This document shows positions 1-13,574 of a stretch of 64,000 nt of DNA, one piece after another (the stretch's first letter is position 1; each line of letters begins with the position of its first letter). Both the position numbers and the translations under genes were made by a program. The notes under the pieces are model-generated. The model did no database searches. It was not told the origin of the DNA and saw only the letters and a program-made list of their open reading frames with translations. The stretch is from Octopus sinensis. Its lineage: Eukaryota. Location of the stretch: assembly GCF_006345805.1 (NCBI RefSeq), contig NC_043018.1, forward strand, positions 3,224,001 to 3,288,000, read 5' to 3'.

Positions 1-25
1 CTGATTCTAAAGTAGAAAACATTAG

Positions 26-100
26 CCCAAGGTGCCACGCAGTGCTACTGAACCCGGAACCATGTAGTTAGGAAGCAAGCTTCTTACCACACAGCCAGTC
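26..100 (-). mobile_element. 5' head fragment of tRNA-derived SINE family A
   Basis: Reverse complement of GGCTGTGTGGTAAGAAGCTTGCTTCC...GGTTCAGT...GTGGCACCTTGG, matching the full copies at 3651 and 48815. Confidence 0.75.
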
Positions 101-573
101 CGCAAGCACAAACACATACGCATACACATAGACATGCTAGAATTAGTTGTTTAAACCTTGAAGCTCGAAATTGATGAAGCTATACATAAAACCGTATAGA
201 CTATTTCGTTAAAGAACTCTTTGGACAAGTCGGAAAAGTTGGGAGCCACGGAGACCCCTGACGTTTTCTAACCAAACCGGTTTCAAGCCAACTATACTGC
301 GCGTTCTTATTTATATATTTACCTATTTCGCGTTAAAAATAAAATATTCTAGTTATTTCAAGCTCTCTAAAAGCTCACAGATTCACACGCGCGCGCGCGC
401 ACACACATACACATACACACATAAACAAAGAAACATATATATATTCACAACTGGGTGACTGAATACACAACGAGTCATCAAGGTCACACATGGGTACACC
501 GCCTTCTATAGACTCCAGATACAAACGAATTGCATGCATGCATGTGTGTTTGTGTATGTATATATATATATAT

Positions 574-770
574 ATAACGGGAAGGTTTACGAAAATAAAC
601 AAAACACGAAGACAGGTGGAGTACAAACAAACAAATGTATTAGTATGGCGCTCAGGAATAGAAATAGAACAAGTCTTTTACGTTTCGAGCCTACGCTTTT
701 CGACAGAAAGATACACAGAAAAGATAACAGAAAAGAAACAAGGAGAGAAAAAATGCGTTGTAGGAGCTAT
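574..770 (-). mobile_element. Short hammerhead-bearing insert (PLE pLTR/retrozyme-like) between (TA)n tracts
   Basis: Minus 674-711 reads UCUUU-CUGUCGA-A-AAGC-guag-GCUC-GAAAC-GUA/AAAGA. Homologous pieces lie at 24245-24372, 15619-15662 and 42960-43000. Confidence 0.6.
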
Positions 771-789
771 ATATATATAATAATATATA

Positions 790-858
<69 letters not shown>

Positions 859-900
859 TGTATGTATGTATGTATGTGTGTATGTATGTATGTATGTATG

Positions 901-1470
901 TATAGTCAATCCAAACAGGAACAAGCAAGAACATACAACAACACGAAAATGTGGTAAAGTGCTGAGTTATTGGACGCTCAGGAATGAAAAGAAAAGAAAG
1001 AGGATTTCACATTTCAAGTGGAGTTCTTCATCAGAAATATAGAAAAAGTCCAAAGAAGGGCAGACGGAGAAAGAAAATCGCCAACGATACACACGCGGTC
1101 ACATATTGAAATCAGCGGAAGAGAATGAGTGAAAAAAATGTTCTTTCGAAGGAAGGTGTTGGTGGAAGGAATGGAGGTGAGGCATGGTGAGAGGGTGTGA
1201 ATGTCGGTGTAGGTATTATTGGTGGTGACAAAAAGAGAAAGGTGGAATTAGAAAGAAGATAGGTGGAAGGAGGACGAGAAAAGTGGAAGAGTCACGGACA
1301 AATTGTGATGATTTCCAATCAAGATTAGATTGGCGTAATCCGAATGAATGTGACCTTAATCCGCAGGTATAAGAATTCCAGGAATTGGTACTCCAAAGTC
1401 AGTCATAAGGCCGGGGTCCGTGTGAGCGTGCGGTATATAGTCAATCCAAACATGAACAAGCAATGTGAGG
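901..1470 (-). mobile_element. Hammerhead-bearing insert with direct terminal repeat, between (TATG)n and (CATA)n tracts
   Basis: TATAGTCAATCCAAACA(G/T)GAACAAGCAA occurs at 901 and ~1436. Minus 1004-1038 is a decayed HHR, AUUU-CUGAUGA-AGAACuccACUU-GAAAUGUG-AAAU. It shares the CGCTCAGGAA motif with the 574 and 2453 inserts. Confidence 0.5.
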
Positions 1471-1545
1471 GCACTCCAAACGAATTGCATGTATGCAGTA
1501 TATATACATACATACATACATACATACATACATACATACATACAA

Positions 1546-1577
<32 letters not shown>

Positions 1578-1985
1578 CTTTTACTCTTTACTCTTTTACT
1601 TGTTTCAGTCATTTGACTGCGGCCATGCTGGAGCACCGCTTTAATCGAGCAACTCGACCCCGGGACTTATTGTTTTGTAAGCCCAGTACTTATTCTATCA
1701 GTCTCTTTTATCGAACCGCTAAGTAACGGGGACATCGGTTGTCAAGCAATGCTAGGGGGACAAACACAGACACACAAACACACACACACGCATATATATA
1801 TATATACGACATATATACGACGGGGTTCTTTCAGTTTCCATCTACCAAATCCACTCACAAGGCTTTGGTTGGCCCGAGGCTATAGTAGAAGACACTTGCC
1901 TAAGTGGTTGTGTGGTAAGTAGCTTGTGGGAGAACCCGGAACCATGTGGTTGGTAAACAAGCTACTTACCACACAACCACTATGC

Positions 1986-1988
<3 letters not shown>
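1578..1988 (-). mobile_element. tRNA-derived SINE family A, near full length, with internal microsatellite
   Basis: Head at ~1988-1935, body GGCAAGTGTCTTCTACTATAGCCTCGGGCC, internal (TA)/(TG) tract, and (AAGAGTAA)n tail at 1578-1600. Confidence 0.85.
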
Positions 1989-2015
<27 letters not shown>

Positions 2016-2022
<7 letters not shown>

Positions 2023-2430
2023 TAAATATTAGGGAATAAATCCAAATTTACAGGGAAAAAATCAGATTTAGGATTAATCGATTTTATAGTAAAATATTAT
2101 AAAATATATTCGAGACAAAACCACTATTTTGCAAAACAAACAAGGAAAGACTTAATCAATACATAAATTTAATAAATAGTCAAAAAACCGCCACTACAAT
2201 CTTTTCTTGTCTTGATCGACAATCTTCAGGTGGACTTCCAATAATTCAGTGTCAAATTATGAAGTCATAATTTGACACTGAATTATTGGAAGTCCACCTG
2301 AAGATTGTCGATCAAGACAAGAAACGATTGTAGTGGCGGTTTTTGACTATTTATTAAAATTTATGTATTGATTAAGTCTTTCCTTGTTTGTTTTGCAAAA
2401 TAGTGGTTTTGTCTCGAATAATATTTTTTA
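2016..2430. mobile_element. Fold-back element (~160-bp arms, 2-nt loop) in (TA)n carrying a hammerhead ribozyme
   Basis: 2101-2262 is the near-perfect reverse complement of 2265-2428; the left arm has an ~85-nt unpaired extension. Confidence 0.85.
2294..2336 (+). ncRNA. Minimal type I hammerhead ribozyme motif
   Basis: CCAC-CUGAAGA-UUGUC gaucaa GACAA-GAAAC-gauu-GUA/GUGG: 4-bp stem I, 5-bp stem II, canonical core, predicted cut after 2332. Confidence 0.8.
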
Positions 2431-2452
2431 TATATATATATATACATATATA

Positions 2453-2998
2453 AGGTTAATCCAAACGGGAAAACAGAAAAAACAACAACACGTGGAACAA
2501 TTAAAGTATTATTATTATTAGGCGCTCAGGAAAATGGGAAGAAGGAGGGTATGACGTTTCGAGCGGAGCTCTTCGTCGGAAACATAAGAGAAGAAGAAGA
2601 AAGAAAGACAGAAAGAAAGATCCCGATGTGGGCGAACACGAGGAGGGAAAAAACGCGACTGGTTTTTACGAAGTAAACATGCTGAAAGGCCGGAAGTTTG
2701 GATAACAGTGGTTGGTTTTTAAAGACAAAAGAGCGGAGACAGGAAGGTTGGGTAACAACTCGATGAAACGAGGGAATGATGTGTATGTATGTGTGAGTGG
2801 GTACGTGTGCGTGGGTGTATGTGTGTGTGAGGCGAGATAAAAAATATGTATATGTTAGTGCGTGGTCTGTTGTATGTAAGTGTGTGTACGTAGGGCGAAA
2901 AGTAGTTGACATAGCAGTCTCAAGTGAGTGGTCAGTGGTAAAAGGAGGAAGGAGGGAATGGGTGGGGGGCGTATGTAACGTGCCAGTGGTGTGTTGAG
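2453..2998 (-). mobile_element. Hammerhead-bearing insert in (TA)n, related to the 901 insert
   Basis: Minus 2549-2583 reads GUUU-CCGACGA-A-GAGC ucc GCUC-GAAAC-GUC/AUAC; its terminus (GTTAATCCAAAC) resembles that at 901. Confidence 0.55.
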
Positions 2999-3005
2999 TG
3001 ATATA

Positions 3006-3056
<51 letters not shown>

Positions 3057-3098
3057 TATATTAGTATATATATATATTATATATAAGTATATGTATAT

Positions 3099-3189
<91 letters not shown>

Positions 3190-3195
<6 letters not shown>

Positions 3196-3550
3196 CTGCG
3201 ACGAAGAGGTTCCAGTTGATCTGATCAACGGAACAGCCTACTTCTGAAGATAACGAAGAAGAAGTGGTTGAGCACCCCACAAACAGTTGCGCCCTTAACC
3301 TCATTCTCATGGAAATTCAGCATGACATACAGTGTGGCGAATTCGACCGTTCGAAAAACATGTAGTACTCATTATTGCCAGCTGAATGGACTGGAGCAAT
3401 GTGAAATGAAGTGTCTTGCTGAAGAACACAGCGCACTACCAGGAATTGAACTTATTACCTTACGATCGATTGCTTCTTTTTATTGCCCACAAGGGGTCAT
3501 ATTACCTTACGATGCTAAGCCGAATAACCTAACTTGAAGCAGCTTCACGC
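3190..3550 (-). mobile_element. tRNA-derived SINE family C (decayed)
   Basis: Contains GCCAGCTGAATGGACTGGAGCAATGTGAAATGAAGTGTCTTGCT, shared with 18300-18500 and with the 25953 SINE head. Confidence 0.6.
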
Positions 3551-3559
3551 TATTACCCT

Positions 3560-3814
3560 TGAAACAGTGCAGCGGGATGAGCTACAGGGATAGGGTCAGA
3601 AAACTGCAACCTTACTCCATGGAGCAAAGGCGTGAGAGATATGCCATAAGGCTTAGGAATGGCTGTGTGGTAAGTAGCTTGCTTACCAACCACATGGTTC
3701 CGGGTTCAGTCCCACTGCGTGGCACCTTGGGCAAGTGTCTTCTACTGTAGCTTCGGGCCGACCAAAGCCTTGTGAGTGGATTTGGTAGACGGAAACTGAA
3801 AGAAGCCCGTCGTA

Positions 3815-3866
<52 letters not shown>

Positions 3867-4520
3867 ATATATGCGTGTGTATGTTTGTGCGTCTATATTT
3901 GTCCCCCTAGCATTGCTTGACAACCGATGCTGGTGTGTTTATGTCCCCGTTACTTAACGGTTCGGCAAAAGTGACCGATAGAATAAGTACTGGGCTTACA
4001 AAAGAATAAGTCCTGGGGTCGAGTTGCTCGATAAAAGGCGGTGCTCCAGCAAATGACTGAAACAAGTAAAAGAGTAAAAGAGTAAAAGAGAATATGGAAA
4101 ATTCTAGAAGGGGTAGTGCCTAATTTTCGGCATTGAGAGATGTACAAATACCAGAACCGGCCGCCATTGTATTGTACCTAAGGAACCATCCACTCCACCT
4201 AAATTCATGAGCAGGCACTGCAATAGTCTAGGGTTCAAAGGGTCTCAGCTCTTCAATACCATGCCACAAAAATTAAGAAATTTGGTTAAGGTGAATGTAG
4301 ATGTCTTCAAAAAGGAGCCAGACATCCTCCTCTCCAAAATACCGGATGAACTAACAGTCCTACGAGGGCAGCGGAATCAAACTCCCTTATACACCAAATG
4401 GGCGAACAGCTGCTACAAAGGCGCGTACAGGAGTAGTGATGTGAAACCAGAATGACGAAATTAAACTGACCACATTGGTGCTCCAGCATGACCACAGCCG
4501 CATGGATGAAACATGTTAAA
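3560..4520 (+). mobile_element. CR1/L2-like LINE 3' RT fragment interrupted by a SINE
   Basis: Reads MSYRDRVRKLQPYSMEQRRERYAI ... WKILEGVVPNF ... FKGSQLFNTMPQKLRNL..DVFKKEPDILLSKIPDE, typical of a CR1-type C-terminus. Confidence 0.65.
3651..4090 (+). mobile_element. tRNA-derived SINE family A, full length
   Basis: A box TGGCTGTGTGG, B box GGTTCAGTCCC, internal (TA)n, tail (AAGAGTAA)n. Confidence 0.9.
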
Positions 4521-4653
4521 GAATATAAGACTAAAATTATATACACATATACAAACACACACACACACACACACACATACATATGTGTGTATTTATGTAT
4601 ATATGTATGTGTGTATGTATGTATAAGCATATACTAACGTCTCTATCTTTCCC

Positions 4654-4684
<31 letters not shown>

Positions 4685-4739
4685 TATTATATTTGAGTGG
4701 TGATTGATTAGAAAGTCACGAGTGACATCATTCTAATAT

Positions 4740-6870
4740 GTCCGGCCATTGGATCGCGTGTATTGTTGGAATTAAACCATCTTAGCAACATAAAAGTAGC
4801 AAAATTATATATTCTCTCTTTAGGGAGCAGTTCGGTTTCACATGAAAAATAAGACCTAATTGCACGGTAAAATTCGTCTCAAAGGTCGCACTATATTTTT
4901 GTAGCTTTCTTCAATGAATGGCAGAATTTTTTTTTTCTTTAATGTTCTATTCAGATCGTCTGCGTGATTGCTTCCATTAAGATTATATGGAATAACCTAG
5001 TTTGACCAATATTGTTGTTCTGTTCAGTGCACAAACAACATAACATCACATGTCAGAAAATGAGACCCTCAGATGCTACGTCACTAAAGCTGGGGCCCTA
5101 AATAGGATTATATTTTGCAGGTAACGCATTACAATGTTTTTTATCCCAACTGAATATACAAGCATAAACGAAAATTTCATGTTTTCTCTTATGATTTCAA
5201 GTAAGTGTCCCTAACAGTTCTATCGATAGAAGATTATCACTGAAATTGTAACTGAGATGCTCAAATTCTTGCCTAGACTTGCTATTGCTGGCATGAGAAG
5301 TTTGGAAAAATCAAAGTTTCAATTCTATACACAAGATTTATTCATCACACATTCTTGTATAGCTTTTCACAGAAACTAAATACTAAGTTTTTAGATCTAA
5401 TATAGTAATATTATGGAATCACTTCCGTATGACCCAAAAGCTTATGTAAACCTGTCACTCCTGTGAATCAGCTGCAATGTTATGCTTGCCAGATGCATCG
5501 ACTGTGCAAAGAATAGATCGATACTTTGTTTGCAACAACAAAGAAACAAAGAATCGTTTCTTTCTCATTTCCTTCGTTTTCCTATTTTGATTAAATATGA
5601 TTTGTGACCGTCTTCTGATCAGTGCGTACTGTAATATAACCATCGATTAAAAAAAACATGGCTCTTTCCTAATACTTTATTATAATTACCACATCATCCG
5701 TTTACATTTATTTATTTATTTTTCGTTTTTTCTGTTCTTTCTTTTTATTTTGTTCAACACTTGCAAGAATTCTATCACCAAAAAGCAAAATGTTTATTAC
5801 ATTATGAAAGAACCACTGAAATAGCAGACCTGGAATCATAAATATCAACAGGCTGTGGAAATGCAATGTATTAGAATTTTAAGTTTTCAGCAAGAGGATT
5901 AACAACATCAAAGTGTCGCTTTTTCAACGGAAAATAGGATTTCGATGAGGTTGCTTAAGTTTTCAGAAAGGGGAAACCCATTTCGAATAATAGCTAAACA
6001 AACTTAAATGTTATTGATGTTGTTTACTACTGTTGGGAGTCGATCAGCACACAAGAGACTTCGATCTTTCCGGATCAGTTTGTAGAAAATGGATTTCTAC
6101 TTTCTATCCTCAGTGACAAATTGATATTTAACGAAGACATGTGTTCCATGTAATGCTGAGTCTCTAAGCAACTGAAATATATTAAACCAGGTTCCCACCG
6201 TGATCCTCAATAATTTTACCAACGACAATAACATCGTCCAGATAGGCGTGAATTCCTTTGTTAACAATAATTATACAATCCATCACTCTTTGAAAAGCAC
6301 TTACAACATTAGTAACGCCAAAGTTTATCTTCGCAAACTCCAATAAGCGTCTATCATTTATAAATTCAATACAGCTCATGTGGTCACTGTGGAATGGAAT
6401 ATTATCGTATGCTGTTTTCAGGTCCGTTTCTGGAAAGGAGACACACGGAATGTTCATTACGATGTGGACGGACTTTTGTCGAAAGTCGCAGTTATTTATA
6501 AAACACAAGACACCAATATCCAGGTATTGTTTGCTACTAATTCTTGCTACACAGTACGTCATCATTGTAGAGGGTAAATAATATTATTACTGGCTGAATA
6601 ACACGCTGATGGTGTAGACTACTCATCATTGAAGCTACTACAAGAGCAGTAGGAAGTTTGGTTACACCAATGCTTGGAGCGTCGATTGTACCTAGGTTGG
6701 GAGAGTGCCTGTTGCTGCTATATAACGCTAGAGGATTTGAAAATTTTCCAGACTGTCAGAAGCTTTCTGTTTTCTCTCTTTTTACCTTCTTCGATATTAG
6801 AACGCTTCAAGCGAACTACAACGTGATTGAGAAAATTTGCTTGGCAACCATTTGGCTTCGGATTTAGTCA
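4740..6870 (-). mobile_element. Decayed Ty3/Gypsy LTR retrotransposon pol remnant
   Basis: ORF 6182-6565 has DLKTAYDNIP...FGVTNVVSAFQRVMD...AYLDDVIVVG (RT YLDD). An RNase H-like TVDASG lies downstream at ~5490. Boundaries are approximate. Confidence 0.7.
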
Positions 6871-6977
6871 CATTGCGGAACACCTTGGGCAAGTGGCTTC
6901 TATTGTGACTGCATGAGGATCGATGCTTCGTGAGTGATTGTGTGGCTTACTTTCTTTGACACCCTCCTAGGGATGAT

Positions 6978-7018
6978 TAAGATGCTGCTGCCACTGCTGC
7001 TGCTGCTGCTGCTGCAGC

Positions 7019-7055
<37 letters not shown>

Positions 7056-7490
7056 GTGGTGATGATGATGAGGATGATGATGATGATGATGAAGTGGTGA
7101 TGATGATGATAATGATGATGATGAAGAAATGATGATGGTGATGATGATGATGATGATGATGATGAAGTGGTGATGATGATGATGATGATGATGATCGTGG
7201 TGGTGATGATGATGATGAATGATGATGACGATGATGATGATAACTGTGATGACAACGACGACGTCGGTGACAATGGTGTTAAGAAGGAGGAGAAGGTTGA
7301 CGATGAAGATGATATTAATGATGAAAATGAGGTTGATGAAGACGGTGGTGGCGGTGGCGATGCCGGGGGGTGCTGGTGCTGATGCTGGTGGTGCTGGTGG
7401 TGCTTGTGATGCTGGTGACGACCACGACCTCGACCAAGACTACCACGTCGACCTCGACGACTGCGCTGACCACGACGATCACAACGGCTG
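6978..7490. repeat. Compound trinucleotide low-complexity tract (GCT/GAT/GGT/GAC)
   Basis: Direct reading of the sequence. Confidence 0.9.
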
Positions 7491-7883
7491 TGCTGTCAAA
7501 CTTCGGTGAAATTTTAACTTGAAAAGGAATTAAATATTGCAAGAAATTTAGCTTGTTAAAAACATAAAATAAATAATATCTACCAATTCTGCTCATCTAT
7601 TACAGTCTTGCCAATATAAATTCACACTATTTTCGATACGATACGAGCGAGGGTTATTGGCCATGAAAGAACGAGAATACATATTGGCGTGTTATTGTAA
7701 AAGCTGCGACAAGGGTGAAAAGTAATTTGTTAAAGTGGAATTTTTACATTCATTTAATCTGAATGCAAAAAAAAAAATATTTAGAGACATCGTTGCAACT
7801 AAACAATAACCGTACACATACACTCATACACACATACACACAAACTTCTCATATGCACATATACACACACACATCACATTCTA

Positions 7884-7935
<52 letters not shown>

Positions 7936-7966
7936 TACAACACATATATTTATGTGTGCGGGTATG

Positions 7967-8004
<38 letters not shown>

Positions 8005-8687
8005 ACATTTATACATAAAAGCCGTACATATATAGTCTTTCAAAGCAACATACATGCTTTATCATAATAAATTCATATCGTTTAAAATCATATGCGAGGC
8101 TCTGTATGAACAAATACAGTGAGATGAATACACAAATATATATAGGCACACAAACAATCACACACATAGGACACACTCACATACAATCGCACACACATAC
8201 ACACACTGAGACACACACATACACACGCACACAGTGACACACACAACACATACATACACACACGCATGCAAACATACTTCAAATACATGTATGTGTGTGT
8301 GAATGGCGTACTACTTTTAAACCTAGATCGATATATGATATCCTGATTGATATCGATCGATTTTGTTATCATAATGTATATAACCATATATATATATATA
8401 TATGCGTGTGTGTGGGGGGGGTGTATTAAGATAGACGCATACATTTATTCATACATCCATGCATACTTAATTACAAAACCTATAGAACCCATAGAATATG
8501 TAATATTCTAAAAGAACCCATAGAATATGTAATACGCACACATACGCGCACACGCATATACACACAAACACACACACACACACACATATATGCAGATATA
8601 TATATACACACATGTCTTCTTGTTTGAGCATGTATGTATTTATATTTGTATATATAAATCTATCTATGTATATAGTGTATATATATA

Positions 8688-8744
<57 letters not shown>

Positions 8745-8973
8745 TATATATATTTATATTTGTATATATAAATCTATCTATGTATATATGTATATATATA
8801 TATGTGGGTGTGTATATATATATATATCTATATATATACATTATATATATTATATTTGTATATATAAATCTATCTATGTATATATATGATCTATATATAG
8901 TGTGTGTGTGGTGTATATATATATATATATATATTAATATATATTTATATAAGCATACACACCACACACATAT

Positions 8974-9032
<59 letters not shown>

Positions 9033-9575
9033 AAATATATAGGCATGTATGTATGTGTGTATATGAATAGACAATTGTACAGAATTCATATATTTGAGTT
9101 CGTGTAAGTTACCTTCATTCAAATCGAATGTCTCGGTATCCATTACACAAAGTTTCTATTGTTTAGCAGTCTCACAAATTCCATTTAAATAAAAAAAAAA
9201 GATTGAAAAAGACAGAAAGAAAGAAAGAAAGAAAGAAAGAAGAAAACATGTTAGTGAGTCATATCATTTAGCTGTGCAAGAGAATGCGATGAATATTTCA
9301 TTCACCGTGTAGATTATTGTGAATTCCTGTCACATCGTGAATACTCCATTTAATTTACCTAAATTAACACGTGTTACGTATGTATGCTTCTGCCATTTTA
9401 TCTTCCTTTCTGTCTACATGGTTCTACCCACTTGTCTACTATTTTTGGTTTTTTAGTTTCACCTCGTCTTAACTCCATCATCATCGCAATCTATGCTAAC
9501 ATACTAATACACTTTAAGCACTATACTAATATATATGTATGTATATATATATATATATTATGTGTGTGTGTGTGT

Positions 9576-9606
<31 letters not shown>

Positions 9607-9994
9607 GTGTGTGTGTGTATAATAATACACTTTAAGCTATTGAATAGGTATAGGAGATTTATAAGAATCTCAGTCCTAGATAAATTCTTGAAAAAAACAC
9701 ATTTTAAGGTAATGTATACATACATACATACGTACGTACATATATATGTACGTGTCTGTGTGTGTGTGAGGGTGTGAGTGTGTGTGTATGTATATACGTA
9801 TATATAGAAACATTATTATTTCTAAATCTCTCAACGAGAGACATTCAGTAACAGTACTCCAAAGTAAAGATTATCTACCAACGTAATGTGACAGACCCGG
9901 TAACATTCGTCCCAACGGGTACTGCCACATTATGTCGGCAAATACTCATATATATATATATATATATATTGGCCAATAAGATCTCTATCATGTA

Positions 9995-10820
9995 GTAAAC
10001 TGAAGGCAATTTGGCTGCTACTTTTAGTAACTCGAGTGAACATCTAGTGGTCTCCTTGTTGACTCGTTACTGTGTTTGAGAGAAGTGTATCAACAATTTT
10101 ACTTATAAAATAATCTATATATCTGTTACCATTTACTCTCTTCTTTCATTGTTTCAACTTCAAACTCGCATGGTGTTCGATCAATCTTCTAGTCGTAATT
10201 GATATCCGTTGCTTCCGACTTTGTCCGTCTCTTGGTCATCTATCTGAGTCCGGACTGCAGAACCCTATAATCAAAACACCGTTCCATTGATGAAACATCC
10301 AGTCATTTTTTTTTCTTTTCTGGGTCGGGAAAGTTTGATTTGAAGGAAATTTGACAGCTATTTCTAACGAGCCAATTGATCATGTAGATATATTTTAGCT
10401 GGTTCGAATTTATCTAAATAATTTTACTGGGACTGTTCCACTACAGAAAAGACCCGCCGTAACCTTTCAAATAACATTAAAATTAAGTTTAGCAGTTGCT
10501 GTGCAGAAATTCTTTACATATCGTCTTTGTTGTTCTTAATGGTATATTTGTCTGCTATTTCTAGGAAATAAAATGACCACGTAAAGATTCACTTTTTCGC
10601 TTGATGCTGTTATCATTACTATTTAACCTCAGATCAGTAGACATCGTGTAGACATTAAGACATAACACTCGTCTTTCAAAAGCTAGTGGAGTTATGAATA
10701 AATTATGCAAAGATCTCTTTAATTAATACAACATGAAGGAATTTGAAAGAAATGTGGTTGCTATTATTAGCGGATCTAACGTCCACTCAGCGTCTTCGTT
10801 CTTTGTTTCGTTATTACGCT
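9995..10820. repeat. Several degenerate copies of an old interspersed repeat
   Basis: The motif ATTTG(G)CTGCTATTTCTAG...GACCACGTA recurs at ~10010, 10350, 10546 and 10752. Confidence 0.4.
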
Positions 10821-11837
10821 TAGTCGTTGACATAATTTAGTTATAAAGTGAATCTAAAAAGAGGAAATTGTTTTGATCTTTTTTTCTCTGCTTCAAACAT
10901 TACGTAAAGTCTATGGTGCATATTTTTTTTCTTTTCTTTTCATCTTCTCTTCAACGGGAAACAACGCTTCTCTAGCAGAATTTTTAAAAGTCAAATTTAT
11001 ACGCTAAAGCATCTCTGGTATGTCAATTGACAAAGAGAATAAAAGAAGGAGACAAAAAAAAAAATAAGGAATCCTTGGTCTAATATGGCTGATATATCAA
11101 AAGTGTCAAAGTAATTCACAGAGTTTGCTTATATTAGACAACCGCAATCCCTGCCACTACCACCGCCATTAATGTTGCGCCATACAATCTTTATTTGAGC
11201 ATTTCTTTGGTTATTAAATGGATACTCTTTAACTTTCACTTTCGCTATCATCATTTTCTCCTTTTACACTCAAATTTCCTTCTCTCCACCGCAAACAACT
11301 TCTTCACTTTTTCTTTCTGAATACTTTATTTTTTTCTTTTTACATTATCAGTATTTCGCATCCCCGCACACGTTATGATCGCAAATATAATCGTTTTTGT
11401 GTATGAGATTAAAGTTCCAATTGAATTTATTGATATGTCTTACAGCGAATGTGACAACTTTGATCAAGGAAATGCTTTTGTTTCTGATCTCCTTCTTTTT
11501 GATCTTTTTAGACGAATGATTCCCAGCTGACCGAAATCGATATGTTTATATCCTGAAAGCGATAGCGTGTTATAACCAACGGCCAATGGCCAATGAGAAA
11601 ATTGTCTATGCGGTCGATAGACATATTAGAAATAACATCATTTACCTCACTTTACATCCTATCGTCTTACAAATAGGAAGGACATACTAAATCATCGTCT
11701 TAGATAATTCTGAAAGACAGAATTGTCGCTGTTGCGGGGCCTTTGATCAGAATTGTGCTCGGTGTTACGTGTTATGGATCTTGATAAAAACACGAAAAGA
11801 GAAAGACAATTATTTCAGCTCCAGGTTCTCACTGCTG

Positions 11838-11877
<40 letters not shown>

Positions 11878-12411
11878 ACAACCACGCACACACATACACA
11901 CATCTATAGAGTAAGCGCAAGGAGATGACATAAATGTGTGAGTACGTATGTGAATATATGTGACAGTGTGTGAATGTCGGTGTGTGTGTGTGTGTGTGTG
12001 TGTGCACAATTTGAATCAATCGTTTGTTTCAGAAATCCTTTCGCACAGAAGAGTATATCTATAAATTTTAGCCAATGTGGAATCTTACAGAAAGATATAC
12101 AATGCATTGCTTCCATATACAATATGTTCATAATGATACGAACAGGGATCATCTATTCACAATACCAAGTTTAGAAACGGCATCTCCGAACAACGAAAGC
12201 CGATGGCCACCAATGGAAGCTCAGGAATGGCTTGAAATTTATCCGTAAATACATACATTTTTTTTCTCACCCACAAAAAATTTCGTGTATAGAGAAAATG
12301 TTTTTGTAACCAGATATTCTATAGCATTTCCACAACAATTTATAGATATGAAGTAATACAGAACAGCATATATCTATCTGTCTTCTTATATCGATCTACC
12401 TATGTGTGTGT

Positions 12412-12447
<36 letters not shown>

Positions 12448-12562
12448 ACGTGCTTGTGTTTGTGCATCTGTTTATCTGTGTATTTATGTACGTATATATA
12501 TATAAATAATTAGAGAGATAGGTTGACATACAAAAAAATAGAAAGATCCGAGATAGAGAAAA

Positions 12563-12600
<38 letters not shown>

Positions 12601-12622
12601 AAAGACAGACAGACAGACAGAC

Positions 12623-12682
<60 letters not shown>

Positions 12683-12704
12683 GATAGATAGATAGATAGT
12701 ATCT

Positions 12705-12754
<50 letters not shown>

Positions 12755-12821
12755 CATATATATATATATATATGAAAAACCAAGTCAAAAATAGAAAATG
12801 CTAAAATAATTTTATAGTGAA

Positions 12822-12869
12822 CATTTCAGTACCGGTTTCGGTCATTTTGAGACCTTTTCAACTGTAACG
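12822..12869 (-). ncRNA. Hammerhead ribozyme motif, U3-A8 variant (minus-strand copy)
   Basis: Exact reverse complement of 13891-13938. Confidence 0.7.
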
Positions 12870-13574
12870 ATTAAATAATTAAATTTAGAAAAATTAGAAG
12901 AAAAGTTTTTTTAAAAAGAATATTTCTATAGTAGTGTTCAGATTTAAGTGGCATTCTGCCTTTCTCTGACTCCCTTGTTTGCACTTGTGTGTCGGAGGTC
13001 GTTGTGAGTTCTTGGAAGGGTAGTAGAGGAAGAAGGCTGGTGGGGAAAGGGGGATGGGAGAATCTGGGAGTGCCCTGATGGTCGTTGGCAGTCTCAGTTC
13101 AATTCAGGAGAATATTTATATTGACAGGCTTGTTTATAGAATTAGCGTAGGTGTTATACTAAAAAACATTAGTGACAAAGTTAAGGGGTAGGGGTGGAGA
13201 AGTAGAAGAAGAAGAAGAAGAAGAAGAAGAAGAAGAAGAAGAAGGAGAAGGAGAAGATGACGATGATGGTGGTGGTGGTGATGATTATGACGACGATGAT
13301 GATGATAATGATGATGATGAAGAAGAAGAAGAAGAAGAAGAAGGAGGAGAAGGAGAAGATGGTGGTGATGATGGTGGTGATGATGATGACGACGATGATG
13401 ATGATAATGATGATGATGAAGAAGAAGAGAAGAAGAAGAAGAGAAAAACAGAGAGGGGGAATATGAATGGGTGTAAGTATAGCTATGAAGGGGCTGATTA
13501 GTAATGGATTCTATGGAGTGTAATATTTGTGTGTGTATATATATATTTTTCTTTTATTCTAAAGTTGAGGTATA

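Noticed and set aside
250-380. GAAACCGGUU on the minus strand, resembling a hammerhead half
   Set aside because: No CUGANGA core or stem I partner was found.
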